A stretch of DNA of 64,000 nt, from the NCBI RefSeq assembly GCF_000328665.1, contig NC_019977.1:2038011-2102010 (forward strand). The letters run 5' to 3'. How positions within the stretch are numbered: the stretch's first letter is position 1; each line of letters begins with the position of its first letter. The notes beneath the pieces were generated by a model. The model was not told where the DNA came from. It was given only the letters and a program-made list of their open reading frames with translations, and made no database searches. The DNA comes from Methanomethylovorans hollandica DSM 15978 (GTDB lineage Archaea; Halobacteriota; Methanosarcinia; Methanosarcinales; Methanosarcinaceae). Below are positions 22,165 to 32,477 of the stretch, piece after piece. The position numbers and the translations under genes are program-made.

Positions 22165-23574
22165 TCATTTTTTCAATATCTGAGTACCGATAATTGAATC
22201 GAGCTTGCGGATGAACTCATCCTTAGTACTTTGAGGAATGGTTGCTCCGGCTGCTATGTCATGTCCGCCTCCAGCTCCTCCCACCTCTGCAGATACAAAG
22301 GCTAATGCTTCTGAGAGATTTAGCCCTTTTCTTACAAGGTCCTGAGTACCTCGAGCAGAGACTTTGACACCTTCTTCCGCATCTGCAAATGCGATAATAG
22401 GATAATTCCTGTCAGCAACAACTGATGTACTCATACCGGCAACAATTCCTATTATTGTTTCCTTTATATTTGAGCCAGCATCGAAATACTGTAAGTTACT
22501 GAGTTTTGTGATTCCATTTGTCTTTACGAATTTAAGTCCATTCACAAGGTTAGATCGATGTTCAGTAAGCAATCTGCTCGCTTTCTGATAGGCTTCCTCC
22601 CTGTCTCCCATACATACTTCCATCCCGATTTCAGCATTGTCATATCTTCCAGTTGCGTTCAACAATGTCGAATACTCAGTGGCATCCCGCATTTCAGTGC
22701 CTTCCCGTTCATTCAACAATATATAAACTTCCCCAATAAGCCTCTCCAGTTTGCAGGATTCCTGTCCCGAGGAAAGACCGTGTTGTAAAAGAGCAGAGAC
22801 TATTCTTTGCTTTTCTCCCTGTTCCAGATCTATCCACCTTCTCCATCGGTCATCATCTCCAAAACGAAGCCCTATACGATGAAGGAAATCTATACAGGCA
22901 TCTTCATCTCCTGTTAGACCTGGAAGATATGGATCCGAAGCATATTGCAAGAGTTTAAAAATGGGTCTTGTTTGCTTACCAAAAAGCATGACATCTTTTT
23001 CAAAGGATAATACCTTTTTAGAAACACCTTCCTCAAGGATCTCCCTATTGAGATTGATAAGATGGCCATTACGTCTGTTCTGCATATCACCGATGGCACC
23101 AACTATTGCGAGATCTGCAAGGTCATGATTATCTCCAAGTTCACTGGCCAGCAAATATGTTGTTCCTGAGCCACTTATGTCTGTAGAGCCATTGGCTCCA
23201 AAAAGATGAGGATTAAGATGGTTCTTTACAAGATTTTCCGGGTCGCCGCGCGGGCGATGATGATCAGAGATCACAACGTGCAACCCGGATGTTATGATAG
23301 ATTCAAGCATTCCGCTTCCCAGGTCAGTGAATATGACAAGCTCAGGATTCTGATCCTTGAGCCTTGATATAGCGTTTTCATCAAGTTGCTTTACAAAATT
23401 AACAGAATTGTCAATGCCTGCACGATCAAGTGCTTTGCAAATAATGGCAGCGGATGTGATCCCATCTGCATCTATATGTGATACAACTTTTACTTCACTT
23501 ATCTTCTGTATAGTTTCTGCACATTTTTTTGCACAATCCCTCATTTGCTGTAGACTACCTGACATTTCAACCAC
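22165..23574 (-). CDS. RecJ-like DHH phosphoesterase
   Basis: SHIDADG, TDLGSG, SDHH, GDMQ, GGGHDIAAGA. Confidence 0.92.
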   Translation of the reverse strand: MVEMSGSLQQMRDCAKKCAETIQKISEVKVVSHIDADGITSAAIICKALDRAGIDNSVNFVKQLDENAISRLKDQNPELVIFTDLGSGMLESIITSGLHVVISDHHRPRGDPENLVKNHLNPHLFGANGSTDISGSGTTYLLASELGDNHDLADLAIVGAIGDMQNRRNGHLINLNREILEEGVSKKVLSFEKDVMLFGKQTRPIFKLLQYASDPYLPGLTGDEDACIDFLHRIGLRFGDDDRWRRWIDLEQGEKQRIVSALLQHGLSSGQESCKLERLIGEVYILLNEREGTEMRDATEYSTLLNATGRYDNAEIGMEVCMGDREEAYQKASRLLTEHRSNLVNGLKFVKTNGITKLSNLQYFDAGSNIKETIIGIVAGMSTSVVADRNYPIIAFADAEEGVKVSARGTQDLVRKGLNLSEALAFVSAEVGGAGGGHDIAAGATIPQSTKDEFIRKLDSIIGTQILKK

Positions 23575-24072
23575 TTATCCGAGTACTCTTCCTGCTTTCC
23601 ATTTTGCAGGATCTATAAGATACCTGTTTCCCTCTCTCTCTATCATGGAATACTCCTTTAAATCTGATATAGATAACTTAGTTTCTCCCTCGGTATTAAA
23701 AAGAGTATCCAGTTCTGTCCAAGGCACTATATATGCTTCACGGGCATAACCTACCCCCATCCTGAGTTCCACTGCCAGAAAACCTGCGCGCCCCGAAAGC
23801 CTGAGAAAATCAGAGATGCGTGATATCTGATGAGTGCCTTTTTTATCTACAGTAAAGTGCTGAGAAAAATACAGAGCTTTTGCTCCTTTATCCACAGAAA
23901 TACTTTTGCATTCTATTCCCATATAAAAGTCAGGGTCAAGTGAATCCACAAGTACATCCAGAAACTGGGGAGTAAAACGGTGCTGTTTTACTCTGTGTGC
24001 TATACCTTTTATTCCATTCTCAGTGAAAAAGGAATTAAAAGATTGCACAAGCACTCTCTCAAATTCTGTCAT
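23575..24072 (-). CDS. PD-(D/E)XK nuclease, Hjc/Holliday-junction-resolvase-like
   Basis: N-terminal FER helix, LDVLV, IECKS motifs; 165 aa. Confidence 0.7.
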   Translation of the reverse strand: MTEFERVLVQSFNSFFTENGIKGIAHRVKQHRFTPQFLDVLVDSLDPDFYMGIECKSISVDKGAKALYFSQHFTVDKKGTHQISRISDFLRLSGRAGFLAVELRMGVGYAREAYIVPWTELDTLFNTEGETKLSISDLKEYSMIEREGNRYLIDPAKWKAGRVLG

Positions 24073-24149
24073 ATATCACCTATTAATTGGCATGTTTACT
24101 GACGATCCGGTGCGTTAAATTGATGTACATCATCCTCTAATTGAAGCAC

Positions 24150-24344
24150 ATGAATAAAAAGACCCTTGAAGTACTATTGTCCATCTTTTCAGTGCTAGTC
24201 CTGATCGCCCTTATTATTGTCACCCATTCTACATTTTCTTCTAATCCGGACCCATTGATGGAAAGTTATGGATTCATAGCCTCCTTGGTTATTTTTATAC
24301 TTCTTATTTCCGGAATAGGTATTAAGCTGATGGATGTGGAGTGA
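24150..24344 (+). CDS. Small two-TM membrane protein
   Basis: Two hydrophobic segments in 64 aa. Confidence 0.65.
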   Translation: MNKKTLEVLLSIFSVLVLIALIIVTHSTFSSNPDPLMESYGFIASLVIFILLISGIGIKLMDVE

Positions 24345-24541
24345 AAGTATTCAGGCATTTTGACATTGATCTAAGTCTTCTTTGTAACTCAGCTACCAAA
24401 AATAATGTGAATTTTAATCTCTAGCCGCAGTACTGTGCTGGGTGAGTAATATACTGCGTGATACTTTACTGTGTGCGGGAGTGAGAAAGACAGATAAAAA
24501 AATGATACCGATCGTTTAGACCGGTCTGATATACATTGGAA

Positions 24542-24940
24542 TTAATTGCTTTTGATAAGGAATGAAATGAAATCCGGACTGAGCCTGGTTTCCCTTACCA
24601 TCTTGTCAGCTATATCGTCTTCCTGCATTCCATCCATACGATACTGCTTTATGCGATCATAAACATTCTGTGAGACCTCAGAATACTCGTTGATGTCCTT
24701 ACGGTGCCCCCACACGTCTCCCTCGAGCAGTTCGATACCCTGCATTTTGAGATACATTTTTGCAGAGTTGGAAATAGTTCTCTTGTAAGAACTTGGAATG
24801 TGGAGTGCCTTAACCTGTGGACACTTCATGATAAGTGAGAAGATGTCCGTGTTGGATGGCCTGAATGCAAGATGCACTATCTCTTCATTTGGGCTCAATG
24901 TGTTGATTTCTTCTTTGGAACTGACAACTCTTATTTTCAT
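24542..24940 (-). CDS. DUF1699 family protein
   Basis: MKIRVVSSKEEI...HLAFRPSNTDIF...EGDVWGHRKDINEY; GAGGT RBS. Confidence 0.88.
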   Translation of the reverse strand: MKIRVVSSKEEINTLSPNEEIVHLAFRPSNTDIFSLIMKCPQVKALHIPSSYKRTISNSAKMYLKMQGIELLEGDVWGHRKDINEYSEVSQNVYDRIKQYRMDGMQEDDIADKMVRETRLSPDFISFLIKSN

Positions 24941-25549
24941 ATCTTATACCTCTGTGGATCGTAAAATATTGTTTTTTTACAAGTAAAATACTTTATAATC
25001 CTATTTTCTGTGTATCTACAACTTTCTATTTAAAGTTTATTAAACTAATTTTATACGGATCATATAATATGTAAAATTTATTAAGTTAATTTTACATTAA
25101 TAGCCTTTGATATAAAGTAATCAATTAAGTTAAAAAATTTGAATATAAATCTAGCGCCGACATATTATAGAAAGATAAATAGTAATACACATATAAAATA
25201 TTTCTTACTCATTTAATCTGTATTAATTATATGATATTTATTAAAGATAATTAGATATTATGATTCATATTCTTTGCATATATTAAATTTTAAGACAGAT
25301 GAGATCGTCGTCAACTGTAATACACATATACAGAAAAACTTGATCTTTATATGGATATAGCATGCACCTAATTATATAATAAAAAAAGTTTGTCAACTAC
25401 AGTAAAAATATGTTAATTTAGAGGTAACAAGACAAACATTGGAAAAATAATAAATATTGATAAATAGAATAGTATACACTTTTCAACAATACTGAGATCA
25501 ATAACTTGATAAAGATGTCCAATGATAAATAGAGGGAGGAAAACTCCCG

Positions 25550-25951
25550 TCATTTAGTTCTGTTGATGAGGAAAGAAAGGATATCAAGACTTAAACCGGT
25601 CTCTGTTTTCATTTGTGTTAGTATATCCTCATCAGACATTCCCTTTTGTCTATATTCCCCGATACTGTCATAAACATGTTGTGAGATCTCAGAGTACTCT
25701 TCTATTGCTTCTCTGTGCCCCCACAAATCACCTTCAAGAATTTTTACACCCTGCATTTCTAGGAACATGAGGGATGACTTGGAAAGTGTTTTGTTATATG
25801 AGGTAGGCATATGGATAGCTTTGAGTTTAGGGCATTTTGCTATCATTGAAAAGATATCTGTATTTGAGGGCCTGAAAGCCAGATGTATCATTTCCTCACT
25901 CTGGTGCAGGGTTTCTATCTCTTCTTTTGAACTTACTACTCTTATTTTCAA
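25550..25951 (-). CDS. DUF1699 family protein (paralog, TTG start)
   Basis: Same motifs as 24542-24940; GGAGGT RBS. Confidence 0.88.
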   Translation of the reverse strand: MKIRVVSSKEEIETLHQSEEMIHLAFRPSNTDIFSMIAKCPKLKAIHMPTSYNKTLSKSSLMFLEMQGVKILEGDLWGHREAIEEYSEISQHVYDSIGEYRQKGMSDEDILTQMKTETGLSLDILSFLINRTK

Positions 25952-26158
25952 TTTGACCTCCAGCTTTGTATAAAGCTAGTTACTGTTATAAAATTTTTAA
26001 CTGAAAGCGCGAAATCTATGTATATTATCATATATATAGTTAATGACAACTATGTTCACAAAACAATATACACTGACACAACAAGACAAAAAAGTTAAAT
26101 TAATTTCAATAGCGAGTAATCAAAGTAATCCCTATTCTGAAAAAAGATTATATGAGAT

Positions 26159-26560
26159 TTAATCAATGTTCTTATTATCGATGATGCAAAAATATACCTT
26201 TCTACCTGCACGGTATTTTTTCACATGTCTCATCCTCACAAGCTGATTGAGGTAGCCACTTTCGACAGCCCCCTCCTTAAGTGTAACCTGTGATATGTCT
26301 TCAGCAGTAGACTCCCCCAGTTCAAATAATACCGTTGCAGTGGTTCTCAAATGTTCCGGCAGAGAAAGCAATGTCATTACATCCAGACCAGTGGATGGAC
26401 CCTCATTGTCATCTTCTATTGAAGTTTTTCTGGTCATAGAGACATCCCCCGGAACCAAACGGTCCATTCTCTGATCGATACTGATCAGTGTTTTAAGGAT
26501 CTGCACCAGTATCTCTTTTTCTGACATGTTCTCTATCTGATCACTACTCATTATTGTCAT
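26159..26560 (-). CDS. Winged-helix transcriptional regulator
   Basis: LDVMTLLSLP.HLR.TA, AVES.YLNQLV, R.GRKVYF pattern with N-terminal coiled segment. Confidence 0.8.
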   Translation of the reverse strand: MTIMSSDQIENMSEKEILVQILKTLISIDQRMDRLVPGDVSMTRKTSIEDDNEGPSTGLDVMTLLSLPEHLRTTATVLFELGESTAEDISQVTLKEGAVESGYLNQLVRMRHVKKYRAGRKVYFCIIDNKNID

Positions 26561-26591
26561 GATCCATTACAGGCATTGGTAAAAAATGTAT

Positions 26592-28232
26592 CTAAAACCA
26601 CTTAGACATGTAGACCCCATCCAAAATATAACCCTGCTTACGATAATATTCCCTTACTCCAATACCACTTATAACAGAGATCTTTTTAAAGCCTGCACCC
26701 TTTGCCACTTCTTCCGCATGTGCAAGCAATTCTGCTCCATAGCCTCTGTGCTGCCAGGCATATTCTTTTGCATGTTCACCTACAGGAACCATAGATCCGT
26801 ATACATGCAACTCCCTGACCAGAGCTGAATTCTGAAGCTCGGGTCGGTAAGGATCATGAGGGAACCTCAATCTCAAAAAACCTATCAAAATATCCGATTG
26901 TATATCTTCAAAAGATATGAAATGTTCCACACCACCACAACAATCATATTTTTCAACAACCAGCTTAATGTTGTCAGGATGAGGATACTTTCCATTAAGA
27001 ATATTATGACCTACCTCGCGGCAGCGGATGCACTGACAGGAACCACCATGTTCTTCCAGCATACTTCTAGCAAGTTGTCTGATATTGCTTTTACGAGTAC
27101 CTGCAAGTATCTGATAAGCAGGAATATCCCGCTGTATCCGTTGTAATCTTACCCATTTAGGCAGGAAGGATTTGATCTTAGCAAGCAGTTCCACAGCATT
27201 TTCATCTGTAAGGGCTTCATATTCCCCGTCCTTCCACATTCTCTGAAGTGCTGTCCCCTCTGTGACCAGTGTAGGATATATTTTCAGATAATCCGGCTTG
27301 AATCTGGTATCTATAAAAAGTTTTTTGAAATTGCGCACATCCCCTTCAATATCCATTCCCGGAAGATGAGGCATCATGTGAAAACCTACTTTCAGAGCGC
27401 TGTCCCTTAGAACCCTATTAGCCTCTGTGGCATCTGCAACAGTATGCCCACGGTTCATCCTGGAAAGGACAAAATCATAGGTGCTCTGCACTCCGATCTC
27501 AACTTTGGTGGCACCTAATTTTAACAGTACATCTACATGATCTTCTTTAGCCCAGTCTGGCCTGGTCTCAAATGTCATACCTACATTGCGGACCTTTGCT
27601 GTCTCATTGGCCTTCTGCACGTCCTCAAGAGTGAGGTAGGGGAAGGTCTTACCAATAGTAGGGACATGTTCACGCCATTGGGTATCAAAAAAATCGTTCA
27701 TTGCTTCAAGACATCGTTTTACATACCATTCCTGATAGTCTAAAGTGCGGGCTGAATATGTTCCCCCCATTATGATCAATTCGGCTTTCCCTATATCATG
27801 CCCTATCTGTTTTAATTGCTCAAGACGGGCAGCGGTTATCCTGTATGGATCATACTCATATTGGATCGCGCGCATTGCAGAGGGTTCCTGCCCCATATAG
27901 CTTTGCGGCGAGTTAAAAGAAGAAGCTGGGCCTCCTGGGCAGGGAACACATGTGCCATGGGGGCAGGGGGCAGGCGATGTCATAGCTGCGATCACAGCTA
28001 CACCTGAGATAGTACGAACCGGTTTTTTCCGAAGGAAATCCCTTACCAATAGTTGCTCTTCTTCGCTACCGGAAATCATAATGTCCGCATTTGTAGGCAG
28101 TGAAGGAAGTTTGTGATGTTTACTTACAAGTTTCTTTGCCTGAACCAATTGATCCGGATCCCGTATCTCGCCATTAAGCACCATTTCCAGAAGCTTGCGG
28201 CAAGCCAGTGTGAATTCACTATTTGCATCCAT
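26592..28232 (-). CDS. elp3: tRNA U34 acetyltransferase Elp3 (radical SAM plus GNAT)
   Basis: CPHGTCVPCPGG, ETRPD, LKIYP, RIQRDIP, VRELHVYG, QHRGYG. Confidence 0.95.
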   Translation of the reverse strand: MDANSEFTLACRKLLEMVLNGEIRDPDQLVQAKKLVSKHHKLPSLPTNADIMISGSEEEQLLVRDFLRKKPVRTISGVAVIAAMTSPAPCPHGTCVPCPGGPASSFNSPQSYMGQEPSAMRAIQYEYDPYRITAARLEQLKQIGHDIGKAELIIMGGTYSARTLDYQEWYVKRCLEAMNDFFDTQWREHVPTIGKTFPYLTLEDVQKANETAKVRNVGMTFETRPDWAKEDHVDVLLKLGATKVEIGVQSTYDFVLSRMNRGHTVADATEANRVLRDSALKVGFHMMPHLPGMDIEGDVRNFKKLFIDTRFKPDYLKIYPTLVTEGTALQRMWKDGEYEALTDENAVELLAKIKSFLPKWVRLQRIQRDIPAYQILAGTRKSNIRQLARSMLEEHGGSCQCIRCREVGHNILNGKYPHPDNIKLVVEKYDCCGGVEHFISFEDIQSDILIGFLRLRFPHDPYRPELQNSALVRELHVYGSMVPVGEHAKEYAWQHRGYGAELLAHAEEVAKGAGFKKISVISGIGVREYYRKQGYILDGVYMSKWF

Positions 28233-28247
28233 GATCACTATTATATG

Positions 28248-29288
28248 TTAGTTGCAAAAATCTGTCACAAGAGCTTCAAGCTGAATTCTGTCATTAGCAG
28301 CCTGTAGCATTTTAAAGTTGGCATCTGCGATCTTAATGTTCCATCTAGCGATCCTTTGCTCAGGTTCTCCAGACCCTGCAACAATTCTGTGAAGGCGTTC
28401 TAGTATCTCATTGCCTGTAAAACCGTAATCAACCAGCATACGGTCTATGAATTTCCTGGCCTCTATTATATTCCCGACAGTTGCAGCCTCATAGAGCAAT
28501 CTTACATCTCCTACTTCTTCCCTGACAGCAGCCGTATATATGGCTTGGGCCCCTATTGGTTCACCATTTGAGAGAATAACTGCCACCTGTAATGTATTAA
28601 GTGAGGTTGCTACGTTACCTCTTGAATGATACAACAATGCCTGTACTCCATTTTCTGTGATCAGAAAGCCTTCGGTTTCCGCTATATGCTTTATGAAATC
28701 AGCCAGTTTTTCATCAGATACATGCCTGAAAAAAAGCTGTAGACCTCTGGAACGCAGAGGTGCTATCAATCTTGAGGGCTGAGTGGTAGAAAGAATGAAC
28801 CTGCAGGTTGTTGTGTATTTTTCCATTATGCGCCTTAATGCATGCTGTGCATTCGTATCAAGAGTTTCGGAACTGTCTATGAATATGATCTTGTAGTCCG
28901 AGTCTATTGGCGCCATACTTGCATATTCGTTTATTATTTCCTTGAAAACAGAGATCACACTTTTCTGGATCTTCCGTGGGTCATCTGTGCCCAGTATACG
29001 CGTGAACCTCTTGTCCCGGACAAGATAACTTTTACCGTTATCAAAGAAATCGGATGCATTGAAGTAAGTGAAATTTCTCTCAGACCCTTCTCCGTAAATT
29101 TCATTTGCAAGGGCGAAGGCAGCGGTGGCTTTTCCGGAATTGGACGGCCCATACAATAACAGGTGCGGAACATTACGAGATAATGCGAGCCTGCGAAGGG
29201 TATTCACAGACTCTTCATTACCTACAAGCTCCTCAAGCCTTGAAGGTCTATATTTCACAGTCCAAATATCTTTTATGCTTGCTTGCAT
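28248..29288 (-). CDS. Replication factor C small subunit 2
   Basis: WTVKYRP, HLLLYGP..SGK, NASD, AQHALRRIME, PLRSR. Confidence 0.88.
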   Translation of the reverse strand: MQASIKDIWTVKYRPSRLEELVGNEESVNTLRRLALSRNVPHLLLYGPSNSGKATAAFALANEIYGEGSERNFTYFNASDFFDNGKSYLVRDKRFTRILGTDDPRKIQKSVISVFKEIINEYASMAPIDSDYKIIFIDSSETLDTNAQHALRRIMEKYTTTCRFILSTTQPSRLIAPLRSRGLQLFFRHVSDEKLADFIKHIAETEGFLITENGVQALLYHSRGNVATSLNTLQVAVILSNGEPIGAQAIYTAAVREEVGDVRLLYEAATVGNIIEARKFIDRMLVDYGFTGNEILERLHRIVAGSGEPEQRIARWNIKIADANFKMLQAANDRIQLEALVTDFCN

Positions 29289-29290
29289 AA

Positions 29291-31003
29291 TCAGATCTGA
29301 CCCTCACTTTTATCTTTCAATACTTCATTTATCATCTTTCCATAAACTGGCCTTGCTATTACCACACCTATGAACACACCTATTATGGTGGTTATGGCAA
29401 ATCCTTTGAGGGATCCGAAACCCATCAATACCAATGGACCCATGGCAATTACCGTTGTTGCTGCTGCACCCAATATTATAGTAAATGCCTTGGCTATCCT
29501 GGAAAGATACACCTTTGTAGGAGGTAATTTTCCTTCATACAATACTTCGTCAGTGATGATAACAAGGTGATCAATACCTGTACCAATGGCAGCAATAATA
29601 CCTGCAATACTTGGCAGGTCAAGTTGCCATCCTATCGCAGAGGCGACACCTAATATCATTATTACCTCACTTACAGAAGTACCCACCATAGGGATAAGAA
29701 TTTCCTTTTGGTGATATTTTCTGTACACCACAAAGGCCACTGCGAACAAAGCGATAAGACCTGAGATCACAGATTGTTTCTTGAATTGAGTTCCGAGTGC
29801 TGCATCCACGTGTCCTGCGCCTATGACCTCCACATTGACAGGGAGAGCTCCGGCCCTCAGATGAATCTGAAGCTGCTGTGCTTTTGACTTACCCTCATCA
29901 TCAGAACCTGTAGAAGATTGCCATGAATAGATCGGACCTGTTTCCAATTGCTGAGCAGCAGAGTTACTTAAAGGAGCACTATATACCTCGTTGCCGTCAA
30001 GTAACATTATCAGATTATGCTCCATGGGATTACTTGTAGCCCCGGTCTCGATAGCTGCTTTTTGCAGGGCTAGTGCTCCCGCTTCGTTGAGAGTGAAGGG
30101 TGTAGACCACATTCCATCCTCCTCATTATAACCAACTATCCCGACACTCTCTATATTTTCCCCATATAGTACATGTTTTGTTTCATTGCCTGTTGTCTGG
30201 ATGCGTATCTCGAATTTACCGGGTTTCTCTGCAATCTCCCTTGCTGTTGCCAGATCAATGCCTGCAAAGTCTATGAGGATATACTCATCACCTACAGTCT
30301 TTACAGGTATGTCCTTAAGTCCAAGAGAGTTCATCTTTTCACTAAGGATGGTTTTGGTAAGATCGCGGGTCTCTGCCCTTACCCTGTCTTGATACCGTGA
30401 ACTGCCATCGGCATTTTTAACAATGGAACCGCCCACTGCGTTCATGAGGGCTTCTATCTGCTGCTCTGTTACAGCTGTCCTTATCTCATATTCCACTCCA
30501 TCAGTAGTAACCATTGGAACGATCTCAGCTTTTAATGAATTACCCAGATAGGAATCAATAAGTGTCTCTTTAGAAGTGGTTAGTTTGACTTGTGTAAGCT
30601 CATTTTGCTTACTGATGGTGTATTCACCCAATCCAAGGAGATCCATCTGAGAATTTGTAATGGTACCAGGAGTTGTGAACGTGATGGTCTGGGTTTGGGC
30701 CTGTCCTTGTACATTCACAGTGGCTGTTGAACCTGTGATCTCGATAGTATTAGTTATCAACGGTTCTATAAGAGCCTTAAGCAGCATATTCATGTCTGCG
30801 TCTACCTGCACCAGTGCGCCCTGAAGCTTAACCTGTAACCATGAGCCACCTTCCAGGTCCAGCCCATATTTGAGATTTGTCGTAAATCCATCTTCAGAGT
30901 TATATCCGGGATGAATGAAAACTATCGATCCCAGAAGAGCAATTATGAAGATTATCACCCGTAGATCCCTGAATATACTTTTTGGCTCCTCATCTTCTCT
31001 CAT
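29291..31003 (-). CDS. secD: Protein translocase subunit SecD
   Basis: GLDLEGG, LRAGALP, IAGIIAAIGTGID, GFAITT. Confidence 0.95.
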   Translation of the reverse strand: MREDEEPKSIFRDLRVIIFIIALLGSIVFIHPGYNSEDGFTTNLKYGLDLEGGSWLQVKLQGALVQVDADMNMLLKALIEPLITNTIEITGSTATVNVQGQAQTQTITFTTPGTITNSQMDLLGLGEYTISKQNELTQVKLTTSKETLIDSYLGNSLKAEIVPMVTTDGVEYEIRTAVTEQQIEALMNAVGGSIVKNADGSSRYQDRVRAETRDLTKTILSEKMNSLGLKDIPVKTVGDEYILIDFAGIDLATAREIAEKPGKFEIRIQTTGNETKHVLYGENIESVGIVGYNEEDGMWSTPFTLNEAGALALQKAAIETGATSNPMEHNLIMLLDGNEVYSAPLSNSAAQQLETGPIYSWQSSTGSDDEGKSKAQQLQIHLRAGALPVNVEVIGAGHVDAALGTQFKKQSVISGLIALFAVAFVVYRKYHQKEILIPMVGTSVSEVIMILGVASAIGWQLDLPSIAGIIAAIGTGIDHLVIITDEVLYEGKLPPTKVYLSRIAKAFTIILGAAATTVIAMGPLVLMGFGSLKGFAITTIIGVFIGVVIARPVYGKMINEVLKDKSEGQI

Positions 31004-31911
31004 GCTCTTCTCCTCCTTGCTCCTTTTGTTCCTTCTCTTTTAACATACCAGCGTAGAATTGAAACGTTAGTAAGCCATGTATTTATAATATCAGCCAAGA
31101 GCCCGAATATGAGTACAATAGAAATATCCGAAAGCAGATTGATCTGGGAAAAAGAAGGTATGATCAAATAAGAATATGTGGTCACTACATACAGCACTAT
31201 CAGGGCTGCAAGAGTAGTGGTGGTCATTGTTATACCAGTACCCATAGCATTTGTTATGTTTTCTTCGACTTCTCCTCTTCTCTTAAGCACCCTGGTAGTG
31301 AGCAATATGTCGCTGTCTACAGAGTAACCTATAAGCATAAGCAGCGCTGCAACAGTACCAAGAGATAGCTCGATACCGGCTACATTCATAAAAGCTACTG
31401 CGATAACAATATCACAGAAAGCAGCTAAAACTATTGCCAATGATGGAATGAAGATCCTGAAGATTATGAACACAACAAGAGACATGCCTATGAATGAGAA
31501 AATAACTGCTTTAATTGCCTGTTTTTGCAGATCTGTCCCATAAACCGGACCTATCTGTCTAATCTCCACATTCTGATAAGTATCCGTAACATCCTGGGTA
31601 AGACTCAGCTGTTCTTCATTGGATAGTGGACCAAATTGTATGACTGTCCTTGAGCCTGTCTGCCGTACGTCAGTCAGAGGATAAGCCGAATACTTTTCCT
31701 TAAGAGCAGCTGCCGGCGTATCAGTTGTCAGAGAGATCATTGTACCACCTTTGAATTCCATGCCCAGTTTCACCGGTGCCCCGGTCGTAGCTAAGGTGAA
31801 GGCAATGATTAATATGGCTATAAGGAAGATAGCAACAGGCAAAACCAGCAATTGTCGGTCGTTGTGCTTCCTTACGAACGAATCCAGTTTTTCCGTAAGA
31901 GATAGACTCAT
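31000..31911 (-). CDS. secF: Protein translocase subunit SecF
   Basis: LGMEFKGGT, ALLMLIGYSVDSDIL; start at ATG 31911. Confidence 0.95.
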   Translation of the reverse strand: MSLSLTEKLDSFVRKHNDRQLLVLPVAIFLIAILIIAFTLATTGAPVKLGMEFKGGTMISLTTDTPAAALKEKYSAYPLTDVRQTGSRTVIQFGPLSNEEQLSLTQDVTDTYQNVEIRQIGPVYGTDLQKQAIKAVIFSFIGMSLVVFIIFRIFIPSLAIVLAAFCDIVIAVAFMNVAGIELSLGTVAALLMLIGYSVDSDILLTTRVLKRRGEVEENITNAMGTGITMTTTTLAALIVLYVVTTYSYLIIPSFSQINLLSDISIVLIFGLLADIINTWLTNVSILRWYVKREGTKGARRRRA

Positions 31912-32015
31912 CTTCTGATGCTCCAAGAGTGTAAGAGTGATGGAAATTGAGATTTATATTTTGTTTCCAACATACACTACAACTTATATATACTACTTGC
32001 TATTTTTATAAGTCG

Positions 32016-32477
32016 ATGATAGAGAGGCCGGGATTAGACGAATATTTCCTCGAAATAGCTACCGTTGTAGCAAAAAGGTCAACATGCCTGAGAAACCAGG
32101 TGGGTGCTGTGATCGTCAAGGATAAAAGGATACTTTCCTCAGGCTATAATGGTGCCCCCAGGAACATGGCCCATTGTCTTGACATTGGCTGCATCAGACA
32201 GCAGAACAACATCGAATCGGGTACACGCCACGAGAAATGTCGGGCAGTGCACGCCGAGCAGAATGCCATCATCCAGGCAGCACTTTATGGGGTCAGCATA
32301 GACTCGGCAACCTTGTACTGCACACACCAGCCATGCATCCTGTGTGCCAAAATGATCATCAACTCAAATATCAAAAGAGTTGTGTTCCTGCAATCCTATC
32401 CGGATAGGGATTCCATTGAATTCTTTGATGAGGCCGGAGTAGAACTTGTTAACCTGCCCTCAAACCCGGCACCTTAG
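32016..32477 (+). CDS. dCMP deaminase family protein
   Basis: RSTC, GYNG, HAEQNA, PCILC. Confidence 0.92.
   Translation: MIERPGLDEYFLEIATVVAKRSTCLRNQVGAVIVKDKRILSSGYNGAPRNMAHCLDIGCIRQQNNIESGTRHEKCRAVHAEQNAIIQAALYGVSIDSATLYCTHQPCILCAKMIINSNIKRVVFLQSYPDRDSIEFFDEAGVELVNLPSNPAP

Noticed and set aside
24121..24132. 12-bp palindrome TGATGTACATCA in a divergent promoter
   Set aside because: Several palindromes of this length are expected by chance in 64 kb, and there is no second copy
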